Below, piece by piece: positions 12,090-26,237 of a stretch of DNA of 64,000 bases. Numbering within the stretch: position 1 is the first letter of the stretch; every line of letters begins with the position of its first letter. A model generated the notes under the pieces. That model worked only from the letters and a program-made list of their open reading frames with translations, searched no databases and was not told where the DNA came from. The stretch is taken from positions 61,566,001 to 61,630,000 of the forward strand of contig OX597825.1 in assembly GCA_951406725.2 (NCBI GenBank), in the 5' to 3' direction. The stretch comes from Octopus vulgaris (lineage: Eukaryota). Both the position numbers and the translations under genes were made by a program.

Positions 12090-13145
<1,056 letters not shown>

Positions 13146-13518
13146 ACTTTATACATGGATTAATGAAGGAACTCACGGTATGATGACATGAAAACATTGG
13201 TTGCCTTGTTAACCTGTAAATAAGGAATATATTCATTTACCAATGTGCTGTTGATGACTGATCCTCACTGCTTGATATTTGTGTGTGTGTGTGTGCATTT
13301 AAAGAAGGTCTGGAACTTGCACAATATGACAACATACCTTTGATGCAAGTCTGATGAAGTACCTCTCTAATTAATGCCTAAAACTGCAAGCACTATTTAA
13401 ACTTTCACTTAAAACTTTTGCATAAACTGGCATTGCAAATAGAGCTGGCAGAGAAACAATTGCAACGAATTGTTAAAGATGTGTTAAAGAATTCTTTGTC
13501 TTCTTCTTATCATTTGAT

Positions 13519-13577
<59 letters not shown>

Positions 13578-13627
13578 TAATCCAAACAAGAAAACACAGA
13601 AAAAAACACAGCAATGCGAGGACATGG

Positions 13628-13671
<44 letters not shown>

Positions 13672-14199
13672 GTATAATCTTACAAAACAATGAGGAACAA
13701 AATAATGATGCTTACATTCACATAAAACTCATTTCAGTACAGAAAAAATGCTGCTCACTGTGGGATATTTTGTCTGGGAGAACAATTCCTTCCTGAATGC
13801 TTTAGGCTTTAAAAACATAACCTACACCAAACGATATCATGAAATGTAACAAAAAACAAAAGACAAAAAAAATTACACTGGTGTCTGATAATTTGTTGTT
13901 GCCATTCACAGCATGAAGCGCATGTTTTTAATGCATGAACTCTCTGGAGGGAAATTCTTCTCTGATCTAAGTGTAGAAACATCAGTCTGTACACTGATCT
14001 CCCAATATGCCTGTATTCTTATTCTTTTCATTCCTATTACTCTATACGTTTCTATCTATAAGCATATATAACTGCCTCTCAATAAACTTAATGTTTGCTC
14101 TGCCTGTCTATTTATCCATACACCTACACATCAATATATCTCCGTTCCCATCTATCTTTCTATTCAACTAAATAGCCTGTACATACGTATCTTTTCTTT

Positions 14200-14607
14200 T
14201 ATCTTTCACTTGATTCAGTCATTAGCCTGTGACAACAATTGAAGAATTTTAGTCAAATATATCGACCCCAGTACCTTCTTTTAAAGCCTGGTACTTATTC
14301 TATCAGTCACTTTTGCTGAACTGTTAAGTTATGGGGACATAAACATCCCGCCACTGGTTATCAAGTAGTGGAGAGTGGGTGAGACAAACACAGACACAAA
14401 GACACACACACACACGCATGTGCACACTCACACACACAGACATGTACACAGATATAACAAGCTTTATTCAGTTTCCAACTACTGAACCCACTTACAAGAC
14501 TTTGGTCAGCCTGAAGCTAAAGTAGAAAACATTTTTCCAAGGTGCCATGCAATGGGACTGAATCCGGACCCATGTGGTTGTGAAGCAAGCTTCTTACCAC
14601 ACAGTCA
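14200..14607 (-). mobile_element. Diverged CORE-type tRNA SINE
   Basis: Homologous to 948-1339 (CCTGGTACTTATTCTATC, GGTGCCATGCAATGGGACTGAA, CTTACCACACAG). Confidence 0.8.
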
Positions 14608-15111
14608 ATCCTTTTTGCTAAAAGATGTACCCATGCAAGCATTCTTTCATTTGTGCATGCCCCCGTGAATGTGTGTTCCCATTCGTGTATGCACCATGAA
14701 CAGAACAGCTGTCAGATGATTACCTGACTTGACTCGCTCTTCTTAACAGTATACACATAACATACCTCATGTTCTATTGATACCTGTTTTAATTCTAGAT
14801 ATTGTGCATTTATTTGCACAAGGGCAACACATCTCTCAGATGATTACTTGAGAGAACTCAGTCACCTCGCAATAAACTCATCATACATTTATGTTCTGAT
14901 GTCATCTGTTTTCAGGCAAAGCAATTGTAGGGTCTTTGTACACCTAATGAGTGAAAAGCACAATTAAAATAAAATAACACATAGTGATTTGTACTTTCCC
15001 CTATAAATTTACATTTTATTTAGATATAAGTGTGTGTAGATACATACATGCATACATACATACATGCATACATAAATACATACATACATACATACATACA
15101 TGCATACATAC

Positions 15112-15166
<55 letters not shown>

Positions 15167-15753
15167 TAAATATATATATATATATATATATATAGTATTA
15201 ATAAAAGAAAGATTTTGCACATCCATAGTTTTATTTAACATTTATTTAAATCATCTTTACAGGACCTGCACATGTTTCATGATGATGTAGAGATAACGTA
15301 AATAACTGTTAAATAAGATTATGGATATGAAAAATCTCCATTCTCCTTAACATTATTAATATTATTACTTATTCTATGGAAATTATACAGTCGTGAATAG
15401 GACACATTGATTGACCCAGTGAGAAAAGTTTTCCAGAGCCTAGCAACTTATTGTTAGTTTGGGTATCACAAAAGGGCCATTGTATCTTTGAATCTTTAAA
15501 TTGTTTCAGCTTTTAAGCTGTGGTCATACACACACACAAACACACACACGTGCAAGTGCACACACACACACAAAAACATGTATGTATAGTATATTGTTCC
15601 ATGAAAGTAAGATCAACAAAAAATGTATTCCATCTTAATGGACACTATATATCTTTATGAGCTACTTATAGTTTCATCTGATGAAACTGTGTCATTTTCA
15701 TTACATGAAACTATAAGTAGCCCATAAGAATATATGCTGATTTGTTAAACAAA

Positions 15754-15790
<37 letters not shown>

Positions 15791-15798
15791 TAGGTAGA

Positions 15799-15829
<31 letters not shown>

Positions 15830-15923
15830 GTAGATAGACACTCACACACACACATGCACCTATATATATTTATACATACATATATAAATTTAAGTCACAA
15901 TATATGGATTCAAGTTATCTGGT

Positions 15924-16164
15924 GTGTCTGGGGAGAGTCATTTTCTTTTTGTGTCTTATAATTTAACACACTCACCGGTAAAATTTCCACTTATTTCTTA
16001 TTTTTATTTTCCTAAAATTTTCATTGCATCTTGCAACCTTTTACTGGTGAGTGTGTTAAATTATAAGGCACAAAAAGAAAATGACTCTCCCCAGACACAA
16101 CAGAATATACTTCAGCACACGAACTCAAATAAAGAATATTGTAAACCAAATCCAAAAACGAAAT
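15924..16164. mobile_element. Foldback repeat element with terminal inversion (copy 1)
   Basis: TGTGTCTGGGGAGAGTCATTTTC...CACTCACC, with its reverse complement at 16043-16098. 11-bp TSD AGTTATCTGGT (15913-15923, 16165-16175). Second copy at 21763-22075. Confidence 0.8.
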
Positions 16165-17234
16165 AGTTATCTGGTAGTTGTCATAAAAAAGCTCCTTAAT
16201 GTATCCCTGTACAAACCATAGAGAACATACAATAATATACTAGAGAAAATGATATAAATTATTTATGTGTTTTTGAGTTACAAAATTTGTTGTGATTATA
16301 GGAATTTTCATATTGCTAAATATAAGTTCATCAAAATATTTTTGTGTCATATATGGCTTATATATATATATATACATATGGATGGATGGATGCATGCATG
16401 TATGCATATAAACTAAAATTGTTAAAATGTATGCTTCCTATCTGCTTCATTGATATAATATAAATAGACATTTCCATTTAAAAGAAATCAAGAAATTATT
16501 CAAACTAACGATTGCTATAAGCAATGTTTTCATATTAGTATAAATGAATATCATTACATATGACTACTCAGATAAACTATGTCAAAGGAGTAAGCCATGA
16601 ATTCTTGTGTGGACTGTGACTGACAGTTCTATGAAGTACAATCATATTGTAGACGTAGTGCAAACTATAACTTTCAAGCATGTCTAATATTTATGTTTGT
16701 TATTGACGATTCTTCAATTTCTAGCCACATTCTTATTGAAAAACTTCTATTTCCCCAAAGATTTTTCCAATTCTATAATAACATTCTAGCTTTCAGACTT
16801 TCTTTGAAATTAGTAATGGAATTTTTGCTGTAATTGTTTTTAACGATAACTATCTATTTTGTTATGTATGTAAAATATTAACAACACCAACAACAATAAT
16901 AAAATAATAGAAATGAGTTTTAAAAGAAGAAAAGAATAGAAAATATTGTTTACATGTTTTAAATTTCTGTTGGATGTTAGTAAAGAATTGGTTTCTCTGG
17001 GATATTGAACTAGTGTGAAGATAATAGATTGTTCCAATATTAAATTGAACAAAACATTCACACATACTTTGTTCCAAATGTGTAAGACAAGCCAATGAGA
17101 AACTTTTTATGAGATTGTTCAAATCTGCTAGAAATAGCTGTTGTTCCTTCCTCAAATCATTCATTGCTGAATTTATAAGGAAAGAACCTATTTGATATTG
17201 TAGTCATAGATACACAATATTTGAGCAAGAGAAG

Positions 17235-17480
17235 ACAAAAATTGCCAAGAAGGCTGAGGGTGTCTTGACATCACTCACCAAGTCCTTTGTGAGCCACTCT
17301 CCGGCTATCTACCTGAGGCTTTATATAGCTATGGTGCGACCTCACCTGGAATTTGCATCACCGGTCTGGAACCCCTATCTTGCCCAAGATATTAATCGTC
17401 TGGAAACCGTTCAGTGACGTACAACCAAGAGAATACCCTCTATCAGGCATTTGCCATATTCTGAATGCCTTACTTTGGAA
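17235..17480 (+). mobile_element. CR1-clade LINE RT C-terminal fragment
   Basis: Translates to ...SLTKSFVSHSPAIYLRLYIAMVRPHLEFASPVWNPYLAQDINRLETVQ*RTTKRIP, matching the VRPHLEY..PVW.P motif of CR1. Confidence 0.85.
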
Positions 17481-17798
17481 CTAGGTGACTGTGGTCAGAG
17501 TCATCAATACTATTCCATCTTCTAATATCTTGTATGCTTCACCGTTGATCATTTCTTTATTGATTCCACCATCAAATTTTCATCTGCCATACTGCATCCC
17601 AAGGCTCCTGATTTTGATTCTCATTTAGACAGATTCTTCACTTTACTCCTGCCAAGTTTGCTTAAACTTGCCAAGAGCAAGGCTCTCACTTTTATAGGTA
17701 TAATGCAAACCTTGGCATCATGATTAGAGCAAGAATCAATCTGTGTGTGTGTGTATGTATGTATATAAACGTATATTTATATATATGTATATATATAC

Positions 17799-17837
<39 letters not shown>

Positions 17838-17914
17838 CATGTATATATATATATGCATTAGTGTCAGATCACTTTTGAGTGCTACTGGTAACATGTAACT
17901 CAGTACAACCTGTT

Positions 17915-18412
17915 GCATGGTCGGGTTGTTGGCGACTAAACTGGCAACCCCACCAAGCTTGCTTGGTGAGGAGGGTGTTTATTGGACACCCTGCGGGATG
18001 AAAAACAAAACTCGTCAAAGGGTGGAGGAACTCTTGAGAGTCAACGGCCATCCAATAAATGTCTTAAGGCTGGATCATGCGCGGGGACATAGAAATAATC
18101 GGACTGAATACCCGATCACGCAGTTAAACCATTGGGAGTGAAGGTCTCCTAGCCTTTGTTAGGGCATCCATCTAGGAGAAGGTAACTCAGGTAACTGGGA
18201 TAACTCTGATATAAAACCTGCAGCTCAGTGGTTACCGATGATGTTGACTTGTTCTTCTTTTCGGATTATGGCTGCTGTTGCTTAGTGAGTGGGATTGACT
18301 CTGCACAACCTTTCCCCACTTAAAAAAAATTTTCTTGCACAGGCATTGCATGATAACAACATTGATTAAGTTTCGTGCAATGGCCATACTCGATAATGAG
18401 GGGGCAGCCACC
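17915..18412 (+). mobile_element. Non-autonomous RTE-associated repeat (5'-UTR-like body plus LINE tail)
   Basis: 3' end GTGCAATGGCCATACTCGATAATGAGGGGGCAGCCA is shared with 33290-33325, where it follows a C2H2-like C-terminus (CQFCTRHCRSLAGLKRHIRSQH). Confidence 0.5.
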
Positions 18413-18419
18413 ATATATA

Positions 18420-18903
18420 TGCATAAGATCTGGTCATCAAATCTAAGTTGAGACTTCAAACTTGAAATCTTCAAAGCCACAGTCGAACCAATTCTACTAT
18501 ATGGCTCAGAAACCTGGACATTATCAAAGAAGCTTGAGAGGTGGTTGGATGGAACCTACACTCGCCTTCTTATGAGAGCTCAAAATCTCTCGTGGAAGCG
18601 TCATCCAACCAAAATGCAAATATATGGGAAACTACCACCTGTGTCATCTCTTGTGAAAGGTAGGAGAGTTCAGTTTGCTGGACATTGTTGTAGAGCTGAA
18701 AACGAGGCAATTTCTACTCTTCTCCTCTCGAAGCCATCTACTCGCGATACCAGAGGGTGCACACTCTTGTACCCTGATGTAATCTCCAGGGATACAGGCA
18801 TCCAGCAACAGGACCTCCGTAATGCTATGATGGACTGTGAAGTCTGGTGTAGCATAGTAAATTCCATTGTCTCGACCACGGTCGAACAATGATGATGATG
18901 ATG
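18420..18903 (+). mobile_element. RTE-like LINE 3' fragment with (TGA)n tail
   Basis: FKATVEPILLYGSETWTLSKKLERWLDGTYTRLLMRAQNLSW...FAGHC; ends in TGATGATGATGATGA. Confidence 0.85.
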
Positions 18904-19059
18904 AGTGTGTGTTGCGTCTGTATATGTATATATGGTGGAATCTCCTGTCAAAAATAAATGATAGATGAAGGCTCCAGAACTTGGTATCTTTGTGATGCTG
19001 ATAGGCAATCTTCACTAAGTTTCTGTGCTCTAAGTCCACAATAAGCAGAAACAAAATGA

Positions 19060-19350
19060 TTTGAAGTAGAGTTTTGGTTACTCTGTTTGGATTCACATGA
19101 AGTTGATCACAAAGTTTCTGTTTACACACCCCAGACTACTTAACAGAATTGAAATACGTTGTTTTCCATTCATTTCTCTTTTCAGCAAGTTCTTCCCAAT
19201 AGTCAAGATTAATATTATAATGGTAGGACCTCCAGGAGATTTCCTGTTCCAAAGGTGACCGTAGAACAGCTGTTTGGGTAGCCTAAAATTTTTCCTTTGA
19301 ACTAAGTTCTCTACCCATCTCAACAGTATTTGCATTAGAAAAGCATTGAT
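19060..19350 (-). mobile_element. RTE/BovB-like LINE C-terminal fragment, degenerate
   Basis: ORF 19093-19356 'LLRWVENLVQRKNFRLPKQLFYGHLWNRKSPGGP' fits the LRW.GH..RM...RLPKQLFYGEL motif. Confidence 0.7.
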
Positions 19351-19399
19351 CCTCATTTAAAGTCTATTTTCCATGCTGGTATGGCTTGGCCAGTACATG

Positions 19400-19459
<60 letters not shown>

Positions 19460-21241
19460 CATACATATATATATGTATATATATATAAACACACACACAT
19501 ATATATATATATATGTATATATATATAAACACACACATACACACATATATATATATATATAAACACACAAACACACATATATATATATATATGTATAAAA
19601 ATTACAGATATTTTACTAAATCTTCTTTCCAAATTCTTGATTATATTTACAATTAATTGAACAGCATAAATAATATTCACCCTTTAGAAATATATTCAGA
19701 AAATGCCTGATCTCAGACTCATATGATAATGAGGAATATTTCTAGCTAGTCAAATTGATCAGATTTATACCTTAAAGTTTTATATTTTCTAAATTTATGC
19801 AGATTTACCTCTTGATAGTATCCAAAGCTAGAATATTCACTAAATGTTATGACAAGCAACATTTATTCAAATTTTGTCAAATACTGTAAAACTTTCGATT
19901 CATAGGCTTTGTTACTATATTATCTCTTCCAGCAAAAGAATAAAATTGAATTTAAAATAAGTAGCCTTGAATTCTTCATTAAGTAGAATGAAAGTAATCA
20001 ATTAATAAGGTCATGTGTAAAAATCGCTTACATTAATTGATATATTATGGCAGCAAAGTTAAAATTCGAAATTTCAGAACATATACATTAACGAGAAATA
20101 ATTAAGATCATTATGAGTGAGATGAGTCAGAAACTGGAAATATTACCAAAGTGAAGAAAAATACTTTAATTGATATAAATCATTGATATATTTGAATTTA
20201 TATCCAATTATTCTAACAGCTTTCTCTTAATCAAAGGAATATTGTGTTTACACTTACACCCAGTTTGTTTATTTGTTTGTTTTTCCTCCCTTCATTAAAT
20301 ATTGTTCACAATGTGAATGATTATTAATTATATAATTCAAGTTCATATATTTTTCATATATTTTTATTGTTGATAGCTGTTAAAGTTATTGTTTCTCGTC
20401 TTTTGTTCTTCTGTTTTGAAATTATGAAAAGATTCTAATATTATTGAAATCAAAGATAATATATCAGTTTAATTAAGATACGTGTATGTAAACGTGTAAC
20501 CTACAAAAATTGTATCACTGGCAGATGGTCATTTATCTAACTGAAGAAATCAATAGAGAGTTTATATTCTAAATGTATTCTCTTAAGCCATTCTTGGCCT
20601 TTACATGTACCCGCATACACCTTCTCTTCCACATACTGACACATATATGAGTTCAGAGACAAAATTAGTCTATGAAAACAAGTAATTATATTGTATTGCA
20701 ATACCATAATTATCAGCTATTCTTGACATTTATCTGCTAAGTTATAAAAATGATATTCAAAAGCTAAAACTATATATCAAAAAAAAGGTCAAATAAATTG
20801 ATCTGTTAATTGATCTAGTTCCAATAGAATATGGAATGTGAACCAATTACTAATGAACTTTTCAACTCACCGTTTTCTATAATAATAGTTGATCAATGTC
20901 ATTGCTGTCTGTAAAAGTCTGCCTTTTTGGTTGTAATGTGTTCAACGCTAAACTGCACATACAGGGATAGTTGCTATACATTACTACAAATGTAATTCAA
21001 TCAATTTATTCATTTATTTATTTTTTTTTTTGTTATAGAATCAACAGATTATAGTCTAATAAAGAAAAGGTATTGAAATAGTATAAATTTAGAGCAGTCA
21101 ATATAGCTTTGAAAATACTATTTGTTTGATTAGATGCCTAAATATTAGAAATGTATTTTTACTTGTATTCATTTATTTATGTATTTATTCATCTATTTAG
21201 CTATTTATTTATTCATTTATTTATCTATTTATTTATTATAA

Positions 21242-21600
21242 AGGTGATGAGCTGGCAGAATTGTTAGCATGCCAGAAAAAATGCTTAATGGTATCTCTTC
21301 CAGCTCTGTGTTCTAAGTTCAAATTCTGCTGAAGTCAGCCTTGCTTTTCACATTTTCAGGATTGACAAAATAAGTACAAATTAAGCACTGGGGGTCGTTG
21401 TAATTGACTTGCTCCCTTCCATTTCAGCAAGCTGGCAGAATTATTAGCATGCTAGACAAAATGCTTTGCAACATTTCTTCCAGCGTTATGCCAAGGTTGA
21501 TTATAATTTTCATCCTTTCAGAGTCAATAGAATAAATATTGGTTGAACAGAAGGGTTGACGTAATCAACTTGCCTCTTTATCCCAAATTTCAGCTCCTGT
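21242..21600 (+). mobile_element. Two old tandem Meta-like SINE copies
   Basis: GAGCTGGCAGAATTGTTAGCATGCC heads at 21249 and 21430, each followed by a degenerate core. Confidence 0.65.
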
Positions 21601-21762
21601 GTGGTGTGTAAGGATTTGACTGCTATTTCTAAACATGCAGAGCAATAGATCCCCTTTTTGAGATTTATGAACCCTGAGGGTTGACATACGTTAATAGGGG
21701 CCCATGAGCTACAATCAAAATTTTAAAAGGCTGTAATGTAAAATATTTAGTTACTCAGTTAC

Positions 21763-22075
21763 ATATACTGTTGTGTCTAGGGAGAGTCATTTTCTTTTTG
21801 TGCCTTATAATTTAACACACTCACCGGTAAAATTTCCACTTATTTCTTATTTTTATTTTTATTTTTATTTTCCTAAAATTTTCATTGCATCTTGCAACCT
21901 TTTCAATAGTCGAGATGCAACACAAATTTTAAGAAAATAAAAATAAGAAATAAGTGGAAATTTTGCTGGTGAGTATGTTAGATTATAAGGCACAAAAAGA
22001 AAATGACTCTCCTCAGACACAACACAATATGCTTCAACACACGAACTCATATAAAGAATCTTGCAAACCAAATCC
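21763..22075. mobile_element. Foldback repeat element (copy 2)
   Basis: ~135-bp inverted arms homologous to 15924-16164; CAGTTAC on both flanks. Confidence 0.8.
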
Positions 22076-22109
22076 AGTTACTTATAGTTATTCAATAATA
22101 TATAAATAT

Positions 22110-23043
22110 ACAGGAACATGAAAGTTTGGTGTATCAAGAATTACTGTCTTGAAAGTAATGACAGCCTTTGAGAAAGAGGGATAAACCTTCTTGTTGAAAC
22201 AAAAGTCTGGAAGGAAACCAAAACTTCCAGATAGGGACCATCGGACTCTTATGTGGATTGTTAGAAAGGGTCACAAAAGTACAGCCCCCAAAAATACTGC
22301 TGAGCTTAATGACCACCTCGAGAACCCAGTTTCCACAAAAACTATTCATTGGGAGCTGCACAAAGCTGGATTTCACAGGAGGGTGGCAATCAGAAAACCA
22401 CTACTTTCAAAAACAAATGTTGTAAAGCATTTAGAGTAGACCTACCTAATTTCTGACCACAGGCCGAGTACATGTGTGGAAAAGAAGCATTTGACCCAGA
22501 CTGCCTTCTTCCAACTGTTAAACATGGAGGAGGATCTGTGATGATCTGGGCGTCTGTATCTTGGAAATCCACTGGCCCAATGGTTTCCCTTTATGGCAGA
22601 ATTAATAGTCAAGACAATTTAAGCATTTTATCAGATCAAATTCATCCTTTGGTTGTGGAACTAATTCCAGAGGGAAACACAATCTTTCAGGATGATAATG
22701 CACCAATTCACACAGCTAAAGTTGTTACTGAATGGCACGAGGAACATTCTAGTGAAGTTGAACATCTTAACTGGCCACCACAGTCCCCAGATCTAAATAT
22801 TATTGAACATTTATGGTGCCTTTTAGAAAAACAAGTAAGGAGTCGATATCCTCCATCATTATCACTACAAGAACTGGAGACTGTTTTAGCTGAAGAATGG
22901 ACAAAAATTCCTTTGGAAACAATTCAAACTTTGTACGAGTCCATACCTTGTAGAATTCAAGCCGTGATTACTGCCAAAGGCTGTCCTACCTATCACATAT
23001 TAAAATAAATTTGCTTGAAATTTTAAGATCTTTCATTATTTTG

Positions 23044-23045
<2 letters not shown>
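22110..23045 (+). mobile_element. Tc1-family transposase remnant (DD36E spacing)
   Basis: ORF 22191-22439 (HTH region, 'SGRKPKL...STAPKNTAELN') and ORF 22472-23008 ('PTVKHGGGSVMIW...FQDDNAPIH...WPPQSPDLNIIEHLW'). The first catalytic D region is deleted. Confidence 0.92.
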
Positions 23046-23115
<70 letters not shown>

Positions 23116-23918
23116 ATTCATTAGGATATGCAACCAAAAAATTGAGTTTCTTAATAAAATCAGCTTACTGTGTAAAATAACTTACTGGCATTTCACAATG
23201 TTAGGGTCTATTGGAAAAATAAAACCTTTAAAGGGGCCATTGGTAGTGAAAAATATTGGAATAACTGCCATAGAAGATCTTTCAGGTTGCACACAAAGTA
23301 GAGGATATAAACATCAATGAAAGAGCTAATTCATTTTCTCTAGTTAGCTGAACTAAGCACTAAACTGTTTAGATTCTGTCATAGTAAAATATTTCTATAC
23401 GTATTGCCTCTTTTATTCTACCATAGTCTATTTTGGGGGGTTTTTTTTTTGTTTATGATGGAAGCTTTATCTTATTGTGGCATGTCATTTCCATTTTTAT
23501 ATGACATATGTTCTGTTATCCCTAGTTTCATGGTTTCATTACTGATAAGAACTATTCCATGTTCCAAAGTCTGATGCAATGAACAGAGTTGGGTGCCAAA
23601 ATGTCCAAACATTGACATCCAGCATTGGATATTTTTTTCTGTAATGAATGCAACTCATGGATGATGCAATGGTAGGAAAAGTACACCGTGATGCCTACAT
23701 CAGTTTAAAATTACTTTCAATATTAATGGCAGTGCCTCTGATTAAAGTTATATAAACTGGTACATGAGTCCAGAATTAGAAATGGTTCTGAGGCATTTAG
23801 TGCCAGGTAGTATAAGATTTTCCTCTGAATAGGACATCACTCAACCACATGGTTGATACCTAGTTGTTACAGGTATTCATTTCCACCTGGGTAAAATCAA
23901 ATGATATGTACAACTTAA

Positions 23919-24147
23919 GGCGAGCTGGCAGAAACGTTGGCACGCCGGGCGAAATGCTAGCCGTATTTCGTCTGCCGTTACATTCTGAGTTCAAATTCCG
24001 CCGAGGCCGACTTTGCCTGTCATCCTTTCTGGGTCGATAAATAAAGTACCAGTTTCGCACTGGGGTCGATATAATCGACTTAATCCCTTTGTCTGTCCTT
24101 GTTTGTCCCCTCTATGTTTAGCCCCTTGTGGGTAGTAAAGAAATATA
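23919..24147 (+). mobile_element. Full-length Meta-domain-like tRNA SINE
   Basis: Same family as 9764-9993; 16-bp TSD GATATGTACAACTTAA (23903-23918, 24148-24163). Confidence 0.9.
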
Positions 24148-24657
24148 GATATGTACAACTTAATATTTCTGAAGCCATTACTCTCACCATCAGATCTCAA
24201 GTCTTTATCATGAAAAATATATTACTTGAAAAAGATATTGCAGGAAAATACTCACCACAAACACATGATAGAGAAAAAAACTAAAATCTACAATAAATCT
24301 AAGAAGATACAACATATCATCTGACATAATTACATCAGAAATCAATGTGGCAAGCTGACAGACCTATTAGCACACTGGACAAAATGTTTAGTGACATTTC
24401 ATCCAGCTCTATGGTTTGAATTCAAATTCAAATGAGGTGGACTTAGCCTTATATCCTTTCAAGGTTGATAAAATAAGCACCAATTGAGCACTGAGCATTG
24501 AGAGCAATTGTCTCGACTCCTCCCCCAAATTTTCAGACTTTGTGCTCGTAGTAGAAAAGACCAGTGCATTAGAAATGTGCATAAGAGTAATAATGTGAAA
24601 GCACATCATGGTTAAAGTGTTTGGACTTGGTGGCTCAATGTGTTCTTGAATAAAACG

Positions 24658-25052
24658 CAGGAGTGGCTGTATGGTAAGTAGCTTGTTTACCAACCACATG
24701 GTTCCAGGTTCAGTCCCACTGCATGGCACCTTGGGCAAGTGTCTTCTACTATAGCCTCGGGCCGACCAAAGCCTTGTGAGTGGATTTGGTAGATGGAAAC
24801 TGAAAGAATCCCGCCGTATATATGTATGCATGTGTGTGTTTGTGTGTCTGTGTTTGTCCCCCTAGCATTGCTTGACAACCGATGCTGGTGTGTTTATGTC
24901 CCCGTTACTTAGCAGTTCGGCAAAAGAGACCGATAGAATAAGTACTGGGCTTACAAAAGAATAAGTCCCGGGGTCGAGTTGCTCGATTAAAGGCGGTGCT
25001 CCAGCATGGCCACAGTCAAATGACTGAAACAAGTAAAAGAGTAAAAGAGAGT
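24658..25052 (+). mobile_element. Full-length CORE-type tRNA SINE
   Basis: AGGAGTGGCTGTATGGTAAG head, GGTTCAGTCCC B-box, CACCTTGGGCAAGTGTC core and (GTAAAAGA)n tail. Confidence 0.88.
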
Positions 25053-26237
25053 AAGACACTTCATGTAGTGTTGCTCGAGTCTATTCAGCTATTTTGAATA
25101 CCAGCCAGTTGCTAAGGCTGCCTTCTCTCTCTGCAGCTCTCACATCTTCAACGTTGTCTGTGGCAGGTATGCAGGCACCAACAGTGGCTTAGCTAGGGTG
25201 GGGCAACCAGGGCACATGCCCTGGATGCCATTTTGAGTGAGGTGTAATTTAGGCCAAGATCATTTTCTAATTTAGGCATTAAAAAAATTTTTGTTGGGAG
25301 TGGTGGGGCGAAATTTTAATGCCTGCCCTGGGTGCTATTTAACTCTAGCTTTGCCCCTGGCCAAAATAGTAACTCTCTTGACCAAGGGTTGGTGAACTAT
25401 TTTAGATGCAGACAGGATTGAAAATGCTTTCATACCTTGCAATACAAAGCAACTAAAAGATGAAACCATGATCATTTAAGGTTATATAAACAGCATGTCA
25501 CTTGTAATGAAAGAATCCTTGCTCATTTAATGATGTACAAACATACAGAGAAGAGTTAACACATTTTTAGTTTGGTTGTATCTGGGCAATTGTTGCTTTG
25601 AGGTAAATATTGTGTCAGCTTAACAAGTTTATTTGCTTTCCTCAATGGAAACACGTTTTGTCACATTTTCTTTTCTTAGAATCAATTATTCAGGGAAGCG
25701 GTAATCTAATAGCATATCAAGTGCTCTTAGTTACTGTTGCTTTATTTATTTAGGAAGCTAAAACACATTTACTACTTAAAATATCGCATCTGAAGAAACA
25801 TTTCTTTTTCCAAGTGAAGGGACCTCATTTCTTTATTTATGTATTAATGTAAAACATTGATTCCTTTCCAGCCATTGTGAAAATGAGACTTTTACTTTAT
25901 TTTTATACAGATTTCTATTGTTCTTTTAGCAAAGATTGATTTAGAAAACAAACAAAGAATAACTGTCTGCCATGTTACACATTCAAAGAAATCAGTAGGT
26001 TGGATGAAAAGAGACTGTGGTCCAAATTTAATCCAGGGGTATAGTTTTACTGATACAAGCTCTCATCAGATACATTGCTAAATATCTCTACAGCCAATCA
26101 TTATTAAGTCATATTAGATTCCGCCATCCCCCCCTCCACTAACACACAAAAACCTAAGGTTGTATAATTATTCTATAATCAAGACAAGATGACACTGCAT
26201 GTCATTTTACAATGCATCCCTCCTCCAATGGGTTAAC

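Noticed and set aside
16600-17200. ORF 16862-17164 as a host gene or PLE N-terminus
   Set aside because: No diagnostic motif and surrounded by stops; cannot be assigned by eye.
25182-25359. Possible hAT-like MITE (CAGTGGCTTAGCTAG...CTAGCTTTGCCCCTG)
   Set aside because: TIRs are imperfect, there is no clear TSD and only one copy is in the window.
19920-26000. Several plus-strand AG...GT mini-exon candidates (e.g. 21039-21069, 25571-25602)
   Set aside because: Such motifs are frequent by chance in AT-rich DNA and no coherent reading frame could be assembled.
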